Below are positions 49,164-59,605 of a stretch of 64,000 bases of DNA, piece by piece (the stretch's first letter is position 1; the number at the start of each line of letters is the position of its first letter). Origin of the DNA: an uncultured Candidatus Saccharibacteria bacterium (GTDB taxonomy: Bacteria; Patescibacteriota; Minisyncoccia; Phycocordibacterales; UBA9973); assembly GCA_964361705.1 (NCBI GenBank), contig CAYIBP010000002.1, positions 12,435 to 76,434 of the forward strand. Reading direction: 5' to 3'. The notes beneath the pieces were generated by a model. The model was given only the letters and a program-made list of their open reading frames with translations. It was not told the DNA's origin and did not search any database. Made by a program: the position numbers and the translations under genes.

Positions 49164-50924
49164 CTACTCCAAAAACCCGCAAGTCTGATGTTGCCACAAG
49201 CTCGCGTATGTCTTGCCTCTCTTCCTCAATTCTTCGTGAGTGCCTTCTTCTATTATCCTACCATTATCAAGGACGATAATCCTATCCATCTTTTGAATAG
49301 TAGAGAGTCTGTGCGCTATGACCAAAGTAGTTTTACCCTTCATTAATTCGCTTAAAGCTTCTTGAATATATGACTCGCTTATACTATCCAACGAACTAGT
49401 AGCCTCATCTAGCACAAGTATCGGAGCGTTTTTCAGCATTGCTCGCGCTATGGCGACTCTTTGTCTTTCACCACCAGAGAGCTTCACACCTCTTTCACCA
49501 ACCAGAGTGTCGTAACCATTGGATAATCCTGAAATAAATTCATGGGCATGGGCTTTTTTAGCCACAGAGATAATCTCTTCCTCTGTGGCATCTGGTTTTG
49601 AGTAGCTGATATTTTCTTTGATTGTTCTATGGAAAAGTATTGATTCTTGAGGTACATAAGAAATAACACTTCGCAAGTCGTCTTGGGATATTTTTGAAAT
49701 ATCCTGTCCATCGATCAAGATTTGACCACTGTTTACATCCATAAATCGCAATAACATTTTAGTGAGAGTGGTTTTCCCTCCGCCAGAATGACCCACCACG
49801 CCTACTCGTTCTCCTTTGTTTATTTTCAAATTAAAATCCTTAAACACAACTTTATCTTCTATGTATCCAAAAGAAACATCACTAAATTCCACAGTACCTT
49901 CTTTTACCCTAAGGCTCTCTGGATTCGTAACATCTTTTATGTCGATTTCTGTTTCAAAAATATCAACAACTTCTTTTACATCAGCCATAGATTTCATAAA
50001 CTTTGTAATACCTTCTGACAGATCCCAAATACGATCAAAAATAGATGAAAGATAAGCGTAAACCAGCACAAAAATACCTAGAGTTATTTTATCCTGCATC
50101 CAAAGATTGATCATGGTATAAAGTATAAATATTTCGAATGATACTATAAAAGCAGCTTGAAAAGCTCCTCGAATAAAACCAAACCTTGAGGCATTGTAAG
50201 TACTGTCTTTGAGTAAAGTACTCCATCTTCCTAGATAAGAATACTCTCTATTAAAAGAAGAGAACATTTTTACATTGAGTATGTTTGTAATAGAATCAGC
50301 CAATACTCCAGTTATAGAGGAATCAGCCTCAGCTTCTTTCATATCCAGTTTAATCTTCTGCCGCACAAACAATAGGACCAGAAATGAATACACAGAAACC
50401 CAAATCAGCAAATATAATGTCAGTATCTTGGAATTGAAATAAATACTTATTATTGAACCTATCACCATCGTAATGATAGGCAAAAATACATTTGTAATCT
50501 GATTTTCGATCACTGTCGTTGCCCCAACCAAGCGTTTCACTTTGGCAACCAAACTACCTGCAAAATTATTTGCGTAAAATTTATATGAATGCTTTGCAAG
50601 CTTAGAAAAAGAGAAATCATATATATCTTTAATTACTCTGCTCCTGAACCTCAGAACGATAAAATCTCGATAACGCGCGCAAAAAACAGCTAAAACATAT
50701 CCGGTGACGATGACAAGAAGAGAAGCCAAAGCGATGTCTAATCTACTTGCCTTATCTACGCCCATCAGGCTCAATGCATCTATTATACCCTTGTAACCGT
50801 AAGGTATTATAATAAAATAAAAAATCGTTCTGAAAACAACAACAAAAGATAAAGCAGAAAAGGCGACCTTATATGGTCTGACAAAGATCCACAAATATTT
50901 AAATATCTTCTTAAACGAAAACAT
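49164..50924 (-). CDS. ABC exporter, fused permease/ATPase
   Basis: GHSGGGKT, LSGGERQR, ILVLDEAT. Confidence 0.95.
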   Translation of the reverse strand: MFSFKKIFKYLWIFVRPYKVAFSALSFVVVFRTIFYFIIIPYGYKGIIDALSLMGVDKASRLDIALASLLVIVTGYVLAVFCARYRDFIVLRFRSRVIKDIYDFSFSKLAKHSYKFYANNFAGSLVAKVKRLVGATTVIENQITNVFLPIITMVIGSIISIYFNSKILTLYLLIWVSVYSFLVLLFVRQKIKLDMKEAEADSSITGVLADSITNILNVKMFSSFNREYSYLGRWSTLLKDSTYNASRFGFIRGAFQAAFIVSFEIFILYTMINLWMQDKITLGIFVLVYAYLSSIFDRIWDLSEGITKFMKSMADVKEVVDIFETEIDIKDVTNPESLRVKEGTVEFSDVSFGYIEDKVVFKDFNLKINKGERVGVVGHSGGGKTTLTKMLLRFMDVNSGQILIDGQDISKISQDDLRSVISYVPQESILFHRTIKENISYSKPDATEEEIISVAKKAHAHEFISGLSNGYDTLVGERGVKLSGGERQRVAIARAMLKNAPILVLDEATSSLDSISESYIQEALSELMKGKTTLVIAHRLSTIQKMDRIIVLDNGRIIEEGTHEELRKRGKTYASLWQHQTCGFLE

Positions 50925-50954
50925 CTTGTGATTCTAGCAGAAAAAGCCTTTATT

Positions 50955-52634
50955 TCAAAGCTCTTCTTGCGGTGAAGCGAGTACTTTGGTGCGCCAGAAT
51001 TTGGTTTTGAGGGTTTCTGTAAGGTCTTTTAGTTCTTCATTTTTCAATACATGCAAGACAAAAATGCCGGCGCATATGCCAAGAATCCCAGAAATAAATC
51101 CCTGTAAGAATATTCCAACAAAAGTATCTATGTCAAACACGTGTGAAAATACATTGAGACTTAAATAAGACACAAGACCTAGTACAAAAGAGGCGCCGAG
51201 ACTTTGAAAAAATGTTTTAAATATCAAAGACTCATTGTTCATCAAGTCTCTTTTTACAAAGATCAGATGTAGAATAAAATTTAATATAACCCCCACAGAA
51301 TACGCAAGAGGAAGCATTAAAACTTCTGTGCCTTTTATATCTGTTACTTTCAAAAGCGATTCTATAAAATATCTGAAAAAGGGAACATCATGAAAAACTT
51401 TCAGAAAAATATAAGACAATGCAACAATCACAATCGAAGAAAATAAGTTGATATAAAGAGGTCTTTTAGTGTTATTCATAGCATAATACGCACGAGAAAG
51501 CAGAGCCACCATACCCTGTGCCAAAACAGAAATAGAAAAAATAGCCAGAGACGCGGCGACAAGTTTGGTATTATCCCAAGTAAAATTGCTAGAACCCAAT
51601 ATCACGCGCACTATTTGCGCGCGAAGCACTATAAAAAGAAAAACAATGGGTAAAGACCAAAAAACTATTTGTCTCGCAGTGGATTTTAGATGGTTTTTAA
51701 ACTCGCTATCTTTTTGTCCTGAAAAGGATTTCACTAGAGTAGGAAATGCCGCTACAGCATAAGAGATACCTATGATATTAAGTGGCACAGATTGCAAACT
51801 AAAAGAAAGATTAAAAATAGAAATAGATCCTTCTGAAAGATATGAAGCAAAAGCTATGATGGCAATGAGGGTGATATTATTAAAAGAAAGTCCCAAAGTG
51901 CGAGGCAATGAAGTTAAAGCAATCTTTTTTATTTCCGTAAAATCAATATTTGAAGTAAATTTCATAGAAAAACCGCATCCAGAAGAAGCAAAAAGTTGAA
52001 TCAAAAAATGCATCAATGCACCTAAAACTACTCCAAAAACAAGCCCTTTCACTCCAAACAATGGCGAAAGAAATACAACACCTATTATTATGCCTAAGTT
52101 ATAAAATATAGGACTCAAAGAATATAAAAAGAACTTTTTAAAAAGTTGAGTGATGGTACCGAAAAGATTTGATAGTCCTAAAAGTATCGGAGAAAGAAGC
52201 ATGATTCTTGAAAACAAAATTACTTTCTCCTGCATATCATCAGTAAAACCAGGAGCAACAAACGAAATTATAAAAGGCATAAATAAAAAAACCAATACAG
52301 AAACAAACACTATAGCGAAAAAAAACACCGTAAACACTTCATTCAAAAGCTTGCGCGCATTGTCTGTCACTTTATCTCCATCCATTTTATTTACAATAAA
52401 AGGTATAAGCACCATGATAGAGGCAAGAGATGCTATGGATATAAATATCAGATCTGGCACACGAAAAGCCGTATAATAAGCGTCCAGTGACGCAGACGGT
52501 CCTATAAAATGAGCTATAAATCTATCACGAAAGAGCGCTAGTATTTGAGACAGGAATGTAAAACACCCCAAAAGCAGAGCAGCCTGGTTTATATTTCCAT
52601 ATTCTCTGCTAAAAATCTTCAATATTTTCTGCAT
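50955..52634 (-). CDS. murJ: Lipid II flippase
   Basis: LALFRD, AFRVPD, SRAYYA; multi-TM MviN pattern. Confidence 0.9.
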   Translation of the reverse strand: MQKILKIFSREYGNINQAALLLGCFTFLSQILALFRDRFIAHFIGPSASLDAYYTAFRVPDLIFISIASLASIMVLIPFIVNKMDGDKVTDNARKLLNEVFTVFFFAIVFVSVLVFLFMPFIISFVAPGFTDDMQEKVILFSRIMLLSPILLGLSNLFGTITQLFKKFFLYSLSPIFYNLGIIIGVVFLSPLFGVKGLVFGVVLGALMHFLIQLFASSGCGFSMKFTSNIDFTEIKKIALTSLPRTLGLSFNNITLIAIIAFASYLSEGSISIFNLSFSLQSVPLNIIGISYAVAAFPTLVKSFSGQKDSEFKNHLKSTARQIVFWSLPIVFLFIVLRAQIVRVILGSSNFTWDNTKLVAASLAIFSISVLAQGMVALLSRAYYAMNNTKRPLYINLFSSIVIVALSYIFLKVFHDVPFFRYFIESLLKVTDIKGTEVLMLPLAYSVGVILNFILHLIFVKRDLMNNESLIFKTFFQSLGASFVLGLVSYLSLNVFSHVFDIDTFVGIFLQGFISGILGICAGIFVLHVLKNEELKDLTETLKTKFWRTKVLASPQEEL

Positions 52635-52650
52635 CTTTATCTATCTGATA

Positions 52651-54678
52651 TTATTTTAAAGAATTCACATATTGGGCCAATTCTTTATTATCTGGAGCCA
52701 GAGAAAGTGCCTGCTCTGCATAAGAAAGCGCAAGATTTCCATTACCATCCTTTTTTTCTATTTGGGAAGATGTTATTAACGCCTCCAAATAATCTGGCTT
52801 AAGAGCTAAAGCTTCTTTGGCATATTTCCTTGATTCTCCTATATTCCCTTCCGCAAAGAATATTCTGGCAATGGAAAGCTTTATTCCTGGATTCAAAGGG
52901 TTAAGAGAAATTGCTTTTTTGAAAGATTCTACAGCCTTTGGATAGACATCTTTTACTCCGAGCAAGCCTAAAGTGTGATACACAACTCCTAAGGTACTAT
53001 AATTCAAATAATTTCCATTATTATATTCTATAGCCATTTCAGCGCTCTTGACTGCTTTATCAAAACTAACTTGAAGATCAGCTTTGTCTTTTTCGGATAA
53101 AGATGATCCTTTGCCAACCAAAGTATCTATCTTTGTCAGATGTACCTGGGTATAAGTGCGCAAATATAGATCATTTGTATGTAGAGAAATTGCCTTTTCT
53201 ATAGCACTTTCTGCTATTTGTATATCAGAGGCTGTTAAGACTTTTCTGAAATAAGAAACAGAAACTAATCTTTCCACAAATTTAAATGCGGCAGCTACGG
53301 AGAAAATCATCAAAACAACCAAAAAGACGATCGAGAAGAAACTTTTTCGTGGATCATCTAAAAATGAAATTGAAATTTTCTTGTCCTCTCTGTCTGAAAC
53401 AGACAATCCGACAAAAATACCAGTAAAAGCAAAAGCGAGTAACAAAACAACACTTCCAGTAGAATAAAAGAAGGCCGCAACAAAAAGATAAACTGATGCT
53501 ATAAAGAAAGCTGATGCCTCCCAATTTATATTTTTTCTGATACTTAAAAATAGTGATCGTAATCCCATAAATATCAATATCACAAAAAATATCAACCAAG
53601 CAACAATACCGAGAATTCCGTTTGTCGCAAAAAATGTAGGTAAGATACCAGAAGCAACGCTAAATTGGGTATCCCAAAAACCGGTTAGATTTATAGAGCC
53701 TGGTTTGTAAAGTCCCCAAACATCTGCAAATTTATTTGGACCAACTCCCAAAATAGGGTCCTTTGCTATAACATTCCCAGTGATAGACGTAGTCACCTGA
53801 AATGTGGGCCTTATTTCAGTGGATGAAAGACCTAGACGATCTGGCAGTATACGCCCTATGGATTGTCCGGACATCAAGAAGAACAAAGACAGCATAACAA
53901 CGATGAAAGAAAACAATGGGAAGCGTCTCTTTTCTCCTTCTATTTGTTTCAAACTAAAAGAAAAAAGCACTTTATAAACAAAAATAACAAGAGCGAAAAC
54001 TCCCACAATAGCCCATACAAGAGAGAAATTCACAACTGCTGTCATGGCTATTGATAAACAAATCAGAATTACAAGCAAGAACTTGCTCATTTTTTTCGTA
54101 GAGAAAAACTCTATCATGAACAAAAACATAGTGGTGAAAAATCCAGCAAACAATCCAAAAGTATTCCATGAACCCAAAATATTGTCCGTCTTGCTGACAA
54201 GAGAGCCAAACGAGAGGACATCCGGAACAAAAAGACGCAACGCTTGGAATATGAATAGAATCACTGAAAAAATCGCAATCCCCACAAAAACTTTTTTCGC
54301 TTTTTTAGCATTACCAAAAAGTATTGAAGAAAACAACATCAACAAAAAAGCTACAAGCATAAAATATACTGTTCCAATATCGAGTATGACTCCAAAAAAA
54401 GAAGCGCCTATAGTAGAAGAAAACAATCCTGAAAGAAAAACGGAAAGCAAAATACCCAATCCAGATACTAAAATCCAAGACTTTGGCATAAGAATCTTTC
54501 CATCTTTAAACCTGGCAACTACCCAAAATGTTATAGAAATAGTGAGTCCTAACACCACCAACAACCCCTTTGAGGCTTCAACCGGGATATTGGTAAATGG
54601 TAAGAAGAAAACTGGTAAAAGTATTATTACTAAAAATAACGATAAGAAAGAAATTCTATCTAAAATATTTGATAACAT
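52651..54678 (-). CDS. Polytopic membrane protein (O-antigen-ligase-like) with C-terminal TPRs
   Basis: Many TM helices, PILGVGPNKF, TPR motifs (AISLNP, ALALKPDY). Confidence 0.8.
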   Translation of the reverse strand: MLSNILDRISFLSLFLVIILLPVFFLPFTNIPVEASKGLLVVLGLTISITFWVVARFKDGKILMPKSWILVSGLGILLSVFLSGLFSSTIGASFFGVILDIGTVYFMLVAFLLMLFSSILFGNAKKAKKVFVGIAIFSVILFIFQALRLFVPDVLSFGSLVSKTDNILGSWNTFGLFAGFFTTMFLFMIEFFSTKKMSKFLLVILICLSIAMTAVVNFSLVWAIVGVFALVIFVYKVLFSFSLKQIEGEKRRFPLFSFIVVMLSLFFLMSGQSIGRILPDRLGLSSTEIRPTFQVTTSITGNVIAKDPILGVGPNKFADVWGLYKPGSINLTGFWDTQFSVASGILPTFFATNGILGIVAWLIFFVILIFMGLRSLFLSIRKNINWEASAFFIASVYLFVAAFFYSTGSVVLLLAFAFTGIFVGLSVSDREDKKISISFLDDPRKSFFSIVFLVVLMIFSVAAAFKFVERLVSVSYFRKVLTASDIQIAESAIEKAISLHTNDLYLRTYTQVHLTKIDTLVGKGSSLSEKDKADLQVSFDKAVKSAEMAIEYNNGNYLNYSTLGVVYHTLGLLGVKDVYPKAVESFKKAISLNPLNPGIKLSIARIFFAEGNIGESRKYAKEALALKPDYLEALITSSQIEKKDGNGNLALSYAEQALSLAPDNKELAQYVNSLK

Positions 54679-54724
54679 ATTACTATATAATACTACACGC
54701 AAACGTTATTTAACAATAACAACT

Positions 54725-57598
54725 TTAATACAAAATGTTGATAACTCTATTCTTTACATAAATTATCTTTTTCGGATTCGAACCTCCTAAATACTTTAAG
54801 ACAGCAGCATTCATCAAAGCTTTCTTTTTTACATCATCTTCACTATCATCAGCAGAAATAACCAACTCACCGCGAGCTTTGCCATTCATTTGTATTGCAA
54901 TCTTAATTTCATCGTCTTTTATTAAACTCTCTTCCCATTTTGGCCAACCGGAAAGATGAATACTTTTCTTTTCACCAAGATTAAGCCATACATACTCTGC
55001 GATATGCGGAGCAAATGGCGCAAGTATCTGCATGAATTTTTTCAAATCTTCTCTATTCACGCTGTGGCCTTTGATAAAAGAAGACTCCATCTCTGTCGCC
55101 AGAATCATCATCGCGGAAATAGCCGTATTAAAACGCATATTTTCGATATCTTCTGAAACTTTTTTTATAGTTTTATGCAGAATTTTTGTAAGAGTACTTG
55201 GCGAAGGATTTTTATCTTCATTACCCTTTTGGCTGATTCTCCAAACCTTTTCTATAAACCTCCTTGATCCGATGATACTATCCATACTCCAAGCCACTGC
55301 ATCTTCGAACGGACCCATAAACATCTCGTATACGCGCAAAGTATCTGCACCGTAAGTTTTTACAATACTGTCAGGATTCACCACATTGCCTATGGATTTA
55401 GACATCTTTATTCCGCCTTCGCCCAATATCATACCGTGCGAAGTACGCTTTGCATAAGGTTCGGCTTGTGGTACGAGTTTTAAATCATATAAAAATTTAT
55501 GCCAAAAACGAGAATACAAAAGGTGTAAAGTCGTGTGTTCCATACCGCCGTTGTACCAATTTACCCCGCCGTGGCGTGGGTCGCTTCCAAGCCAGTATTT
55601 TAGATTTTTCTTGCTTGCAAATTCTTTACTATTTTTTGGATCAGTGTAACGCAAATAGTACCAAGAACTTCCCGCCCAGTTTGGCATAGTGTCTGTTTCC
55701 CTTTTGGCCTTGCCTTTGCATTTTGGACATTTTACATTTACCCACTTTGCAATACTTGCCAATGGCGACTCCCCTGTGTCTGTAGGTTTGTAACTTTTCA
55801 CATCTGGCAACTTTACCGGTAGATCTTTTTCTGGCACTGGCACGAGCCCGCATTTTTCACAATTCACGAGCGGTATCGGCTCACCCCAGTATCTCTGTCT
55901 GGAAAATATCCAGTCACGAAGTTTGAATTTTGTAACAATCTTGCCGCCCACAAATTTTGTGATTTCCTTTTTGGCTTGCTCACTAGTTAATCCATCAAAC
56001 TTTCCGGAATTTATTAATACACCTTCTTGAGTGATGCAGTGTGTTTTATTTTTAAACAACTTCCACAACTCTTGACCTTCACCATGATCTAAAAAACTAT
56101 CCAGCTCACTTTCTGTAAGCCACACCACCTCGTGTTTCATTTTTTCTTCGTTAGATACGCCAACATTTTCATTGTTTTCTAATTTGAAATGCAAACCTTG
56201 AAAATGAGCAAATCTGTTTTCATTTTTATGGGGTGCCCAAAATTTAGCATGCATTTTACCACCTATATATTTTATAAATTTAACATTCTTAAAACCAGTC
56301 TCTTCGAGAATTTCTCGCATTCCTGCGGTGACATAATCTTGCCCATCTGTGCCACCAACAACAAAACTACGCCAACTCTGTTTTTTCCATTTTAAACCAA
56401 TATATTTTTTTTCTTTCCAATGTTCCACGATACACATAGAAACATCTCTTTCTATAAATGGCTCATCTTCGTGTATCTTGTCCGGACCACTTGTATCTAC
56501 CCATACAGGTTCTATGACATCCCTTATTTCAATATTATATTTTTTTGCAAATGCACCATCTCGATCATCATGCGCGGGCACGGCCATTATCGCGCCGGTG
56601 CCGTATTCTGCCAATACATAGTCGGCTATGAACACAGGTATCTCTTCCTGACTTGCAGGATTTATGGCTTTGATACCTTTCAATTCCACACCCGTTTTTT
56701 CTTTTTCATCTGAAGTACGTTCGACTTCTGATTTCTTTTTTGTTTTTACTATATATTCATCTACCTCTTTTTTATTTTTTATTTTATCTCCAAGAGTTTC
56801 AACCAAGGGATGCTCTGGTGCCAAAACCATATATGTCGAACCAAAAATAGTATCAGCACGGGTAGTAAAAACTCTTATTTTCTTGTCTGAGTTTTTTAAA
56901 GAAAATTCAATTTCTGAACCTTCGGACCTCCCTATCCAATTCCTCTGCTGTATTTTTACCCGTTCTGGATAATCCACTGTGTCCAGATCTTTATCTAGTC
57001 TATCTGCGTATTTTGTGATGGCTAGTATCCATTGTTCTTTTTCTCTTTTTTCTGTCTGCCCGCCACAACGCTCGCACACTCCACCTATGGCTTCTTCATT
57101 TGCCAAACCAATCTTGCAAGAAGGACACCAATTAATAAAAGATTTTGCTTTGTACGCCAAACCCTTTTTGAAAAATTGTAAGAATATCCACTGTGTCCAT
57201 TTGTAATATTTTGGATCGGTAGTATTTATCTCGCGAGACCAGTCAAAAGAAAAACCCACAGACTTCAACTGTCTTCTAAAAGTATCTGTATTTTGTTTCG
57301 TCACCAAAGCTGGCTTTTTGCCTGTCTTTATAGCATAGTTTTCTGTCGGCAATCCGAAAGCGTCCCAACCTATAGGATACAAGACATTGCATCCTTCCAT
57401 GCGACGCTTTCTGGATATAATATCCATCGCTGCATAACTGCGAATATGTCCAGTATGTAGCCCTGCACCTGAAGGATAAGGAAACTCTACCAAAGGAAAG
57501 AATTTCTTACCCTTGCCATCAAGAGCTTTGTATAAATTTTTCTTCTCCCAATCTTTCTGCAATTTGCCTTCTATTTTCTTGTGATCGTAGTTTTTCAT
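54725..57598 (-). CDS. leuS: Leucine--tRNA ligase with NUDIX-like insertion
   Basis: FPYPSGAGLHTGH, SRQRYWG, KMSKS; internal GG..REILEETGF. Confidence 0.96.
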   Translation of the reverse strand: MKNYDHKKIEGKLQKDWEKKNLYKALDGKGKKFFPLVEFPYPSGAGLHTGHIRSYAAMDIISRKRRMEGCNVLYPIGWDAFGLPTENYAIKTGKKPALVTKQNTDTFRRQLKSVGFSFDWSREINTTDPKYYKWTQWIFLQFFKKGLAYKAKSFINWCPSCKIGLANEEAIGGVCERCGGQTEKREKEQWILAITKYADRLDKDLDTVDYPERVKIQQRNWIGRSEGSEIEFSLKNSDKKIRVFTTRADTIFGSTYMVLAPEHPLVETLGDKIKNKKEVDEYIVKTKKKSEVERTSDEKEKTGVELKGIKAINPASQEEIPVFIADYVLAEYGTGAIMAVPAHDDRDGAFAKKYNIEIRDVIEPVWVDTSGPDKIHEDEPFIERDVSMCIVEHWKEKKYIGLKWKKQSWRSFVVGGTDGQDYVTAGMREILEETGFKNVKFIKYIGGKMHAKFWAPHKNENRFAHFQGLHFKLENNENVGVSNEEKMKHEVVWLTESELDSFLDHGEGQELWKLFKNKTHCITQEGVLINSGKFDGLTSEQAKKEITKFVGGKIVTKFKLRDWIFSRQRYWGEPIPLVNCEKCGLVPVPEKDLPVKLPDVKSYKPTDTGESPLASIAKWVNVKCPKCKGKAKRETDTMPNWAGSSWYYLRYTDPKNSKEFASKKNLKYWLGSDPRHGGVNWYNGGMEHTTLHLLYSRFWHKFLYDLKLVPQAEPYAKRTSHGMILGEGGIKMSKSIGNVVNPDSIVKTYGADTLRVYEMFMGPFEDAVAWSMDSIIGSRRFIEKVWRISQKGNEDKNPSPSTLTKILHKTIKKVSEDIENMRFNTAISAMMILATEMESSFIKGHSVNREDLKKFMQILAPFAPHIAEYVWLNLGEKKSIHLSGWPKWEESLIKDDEIKIAIQMNGKARGELVISADDSEDDVKKKALMNAAVLKYLGGSNPKKIIYVKNRVINILY

Positions 57599-57612
57599 AA
57601 ATTAGTATTTTT

Positions 57613-57713
57613 TAAGAATCAAAATATTCTCGTAGGAGTATTCGCTACTGACAGATAGGACTTGCCCTTCCAAGACAGAGTGCGAACGACGGAGAGAATG
57701 ATTTTAATTTTTA
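57613..57713 (+). repeat. Long hairpin element, copy 2
   Basis: Arms 57613-57631 and 57694-57713; core shared with 23850-23991. Confidence 0.7.
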
Positions 57714-58253
57714 TTGCTTTCCAAATTTCTTCACAGCAAGCCAGATGAGCGCCACGAGGGCAAGAGCGAGAATTATAACTTTTACCAAATTATCAGCAGA
57801 TGACCAATATCTGACAGAAGCAATAATGAGAGATAGCACACCACCCCAAGAAAGCCCTAATGTTAGTATTTCATTTGTTAAAAATGATCCAATAGCCAAA
57901 GACAAAACACCGAGCACTACAAGCATGATGAATATATTTCTTTCATAACTCTGTCTTGCTTTGTCGTATTCCTGTCTCTTTGTAAAATCTCTGTCACAGT
58001 AATCTCCTGGCTGAGGAACTTCTTGCCCATCTATAAGTTTGTAATATCTGGTATTCTCTACCCACTGTCCGCCGACATCGAGACATTCAGATTTGGTTTT
58101 TATCTCTTCCACTACTTGCTGTTGCGGAAAATAGCCATCATAACTAGGAGCTTTGTAAAAAAGCGAAATTGTGTAATTAAAGAAAAGATTAAGCACAACC
58201 ACCATACCTATAATAAGAGCCCATTTGAGAACCTTTGGTTTATTTGTTTCCAT
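57711..58253 (-). CDS. Four-TM membrane protein
   Basis: TM helix, CxxxGGxW loop, three further TM helices. Confidence 0.8.
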   Translation of the reverse strand: METNKPKVLKWALIIGMVVVLNLFFNYTISLFYKAPSYDGYFPQQQVVEEIKTKSECLDVGGQWVENTRYYKLIDGQEVPQPGDYCDRDFTKRQEYDKARQSYERNIFIMLVVLGVLSLAIGSFLTNEILTLGLSWGGVLSLIIASVRYWSSADNLVKVIILALALVALIWLAVKKFGKQ

Positions 58254-58349
58254 ATTGGAGAGATTATAGCACATTTAGAGCAAATCGGTATATAGGCTAA
58301 AAATACAAATCCCTCAGCTGGCGAGCCGAGGGGAGGTGATGAGAAATTT

Positions 58350-58541
58350 TTACCGTCTTTCTCGGGACGTTTTTTTTGCGCGTTCCGGCCATTCCGCAAA
58401 AGCGGCGCCCAACAAACAAAGCAAAGCAAAGCTGCCCGTGAACTTTGAAAATATCGCTACTGAAATTTCAAAGCATGCAGCAGTTGGCAAAATGATAGCC
58501 GCGATCAACAAAGCTATCAGAGGTGTCGTCTCTTTAGACAT
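58350..58541 (-). CDS. Orphan small membrane protein
   Basis: AGGAG before ATG 58541; two hydrophobic segments. Confidence 0.4.
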   Translation of the reverse strand: MSKETTPLIALLIAAIILPTAACFEISVAIFSKFTGSFALLCLLGAAFAEWPERAKKTSRERR

Positions 58542-58650
58542 ATCAGTTCTCCTGAAAAATGTTTCCGTGTTTCCCCTCACGGCGCGGGTGTGGGCTTGAG
58601 CAGCCCATGTGATTTGTACGACTACCAGTATATTATAGCACAATATATAC

Positions 58651-59568
58651 TTACTTGTCAAACCAAATGGCCGTATTTGAGAGAGACATGGCACGGGAGG
58701 TTGATTTTTCAAGTATGCACAGCTCGCCTTGTTTTATTTCCCCTTTCAGTCCATCCATCGCATCTGCGAGCGCGTAGCCTAAAGATAGCGCCGAAGAATC
58801 TATGGCATAAGAGTTTAAAATTACAAAAAGAGGATCATCACTCAGTATTTTCCGCACTTGTGCTAAAAGTTTCGGCAAATCGCGTTCTATTTTCCATTCT
58901 TCGCCTTTAGGTCCACGGCCGAATTTTGGCGGATCCATTATTACTGCATCATATTTCATTCCCCTTTTTTCTTCTCGCGCTAAAAATTTCAAAGCATCAT
59001 CTAAAATAATTCGCATTGGCATTTTTTCCAGTCCAGCAACTTTCTGGTTTTCTTTCACCCATTCCAAAGTTTGTTTAGAAGCGTCCACATGTGTCACTTC
59101 CGCGCCAGCGCGCAGAGCAAACAAGCTCGCCACGCCGGTGTAGCCAAAGAGATTTAGGAATTTGGGCTTGCGAAGGTCAATCTTTCGTAAATTTATTTTT
59201 TCCTCTATAAAATCCCAATGTACCGCCTGCTCTGGGAAAAATCCAAGATGCCTAAAAGGCGTCGGCGAAGCCAAGAATTTCACACCTTTGTATCCCATAG
59301 ACCATTTTTTATCTATCTTGTTTTTAAACTTCCACCCAGCCTTCGCGCCTGTCTTTGCGCTCCAAAATTTTCCATCTGCATTCTCCCATTCTTTTTTTCC
59401 TAAAGTCTTTTTCCAAACGGCATCTTCATACGGACGCACAAAAACATACTGACCAAAACGCTCCAATTTTTCACCCTCACCCGTATCGAGCAGTTCGTAA
59501 TCAGTTTTATCCTGAGTACCTCCGAAGGACCAATCTTTGCTAAAAAATATTTCTAGTTTGTTTTGCAT
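58651..59568 (-). CDS. Class I SAM-dependent methyltransferase (RlmI/K-like)
   Basis: LNLFGYTG, HVDAS, MDPPKFG. Confidence 0.9.
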   Translation of the reverse strand: MQNKLEIFFSKDWSFGGTQDKTDYELLDTGEGEKLERFGQYVFVRPYEDAVWKKTLGKKEWENADGKFWSAKTGAKAGWKFKNKIDKKWSMGYKGVKFLASPTPFRHLGFFPEQAVHWDFIEEKINLRKIDLRKPKFLNLFGYTGVASLFALRAGAEVTHVDASKQTLEWVKENQKVAGLEKMPMRIILDDALKFLAREEKRGMKYDAVIMDPPKFGRGPKGEEWKIERDLPKLLAQVRKILSDDPLFVILNSYAIDSSALSLGYALADAMDGLKGEIKQGELCILEKSTSRAMSLSNTAIWFDK

Positions 59569-59605
59569 AAAATTTTAAAAAAGATATAATTTTCATAATT
59601 ATTTT

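Noticed and set aside
54044-54790. 248-aa plus-strand ORF
   Set aside because: K/N-rich antisense shadow of a hydrophobic membrane gene.
57600-57713. T-box riboswitch upstream of leuS
   Set aside because: No GGTGG(N)ACC antiterminator bulge, and the same core occurs before msrA.
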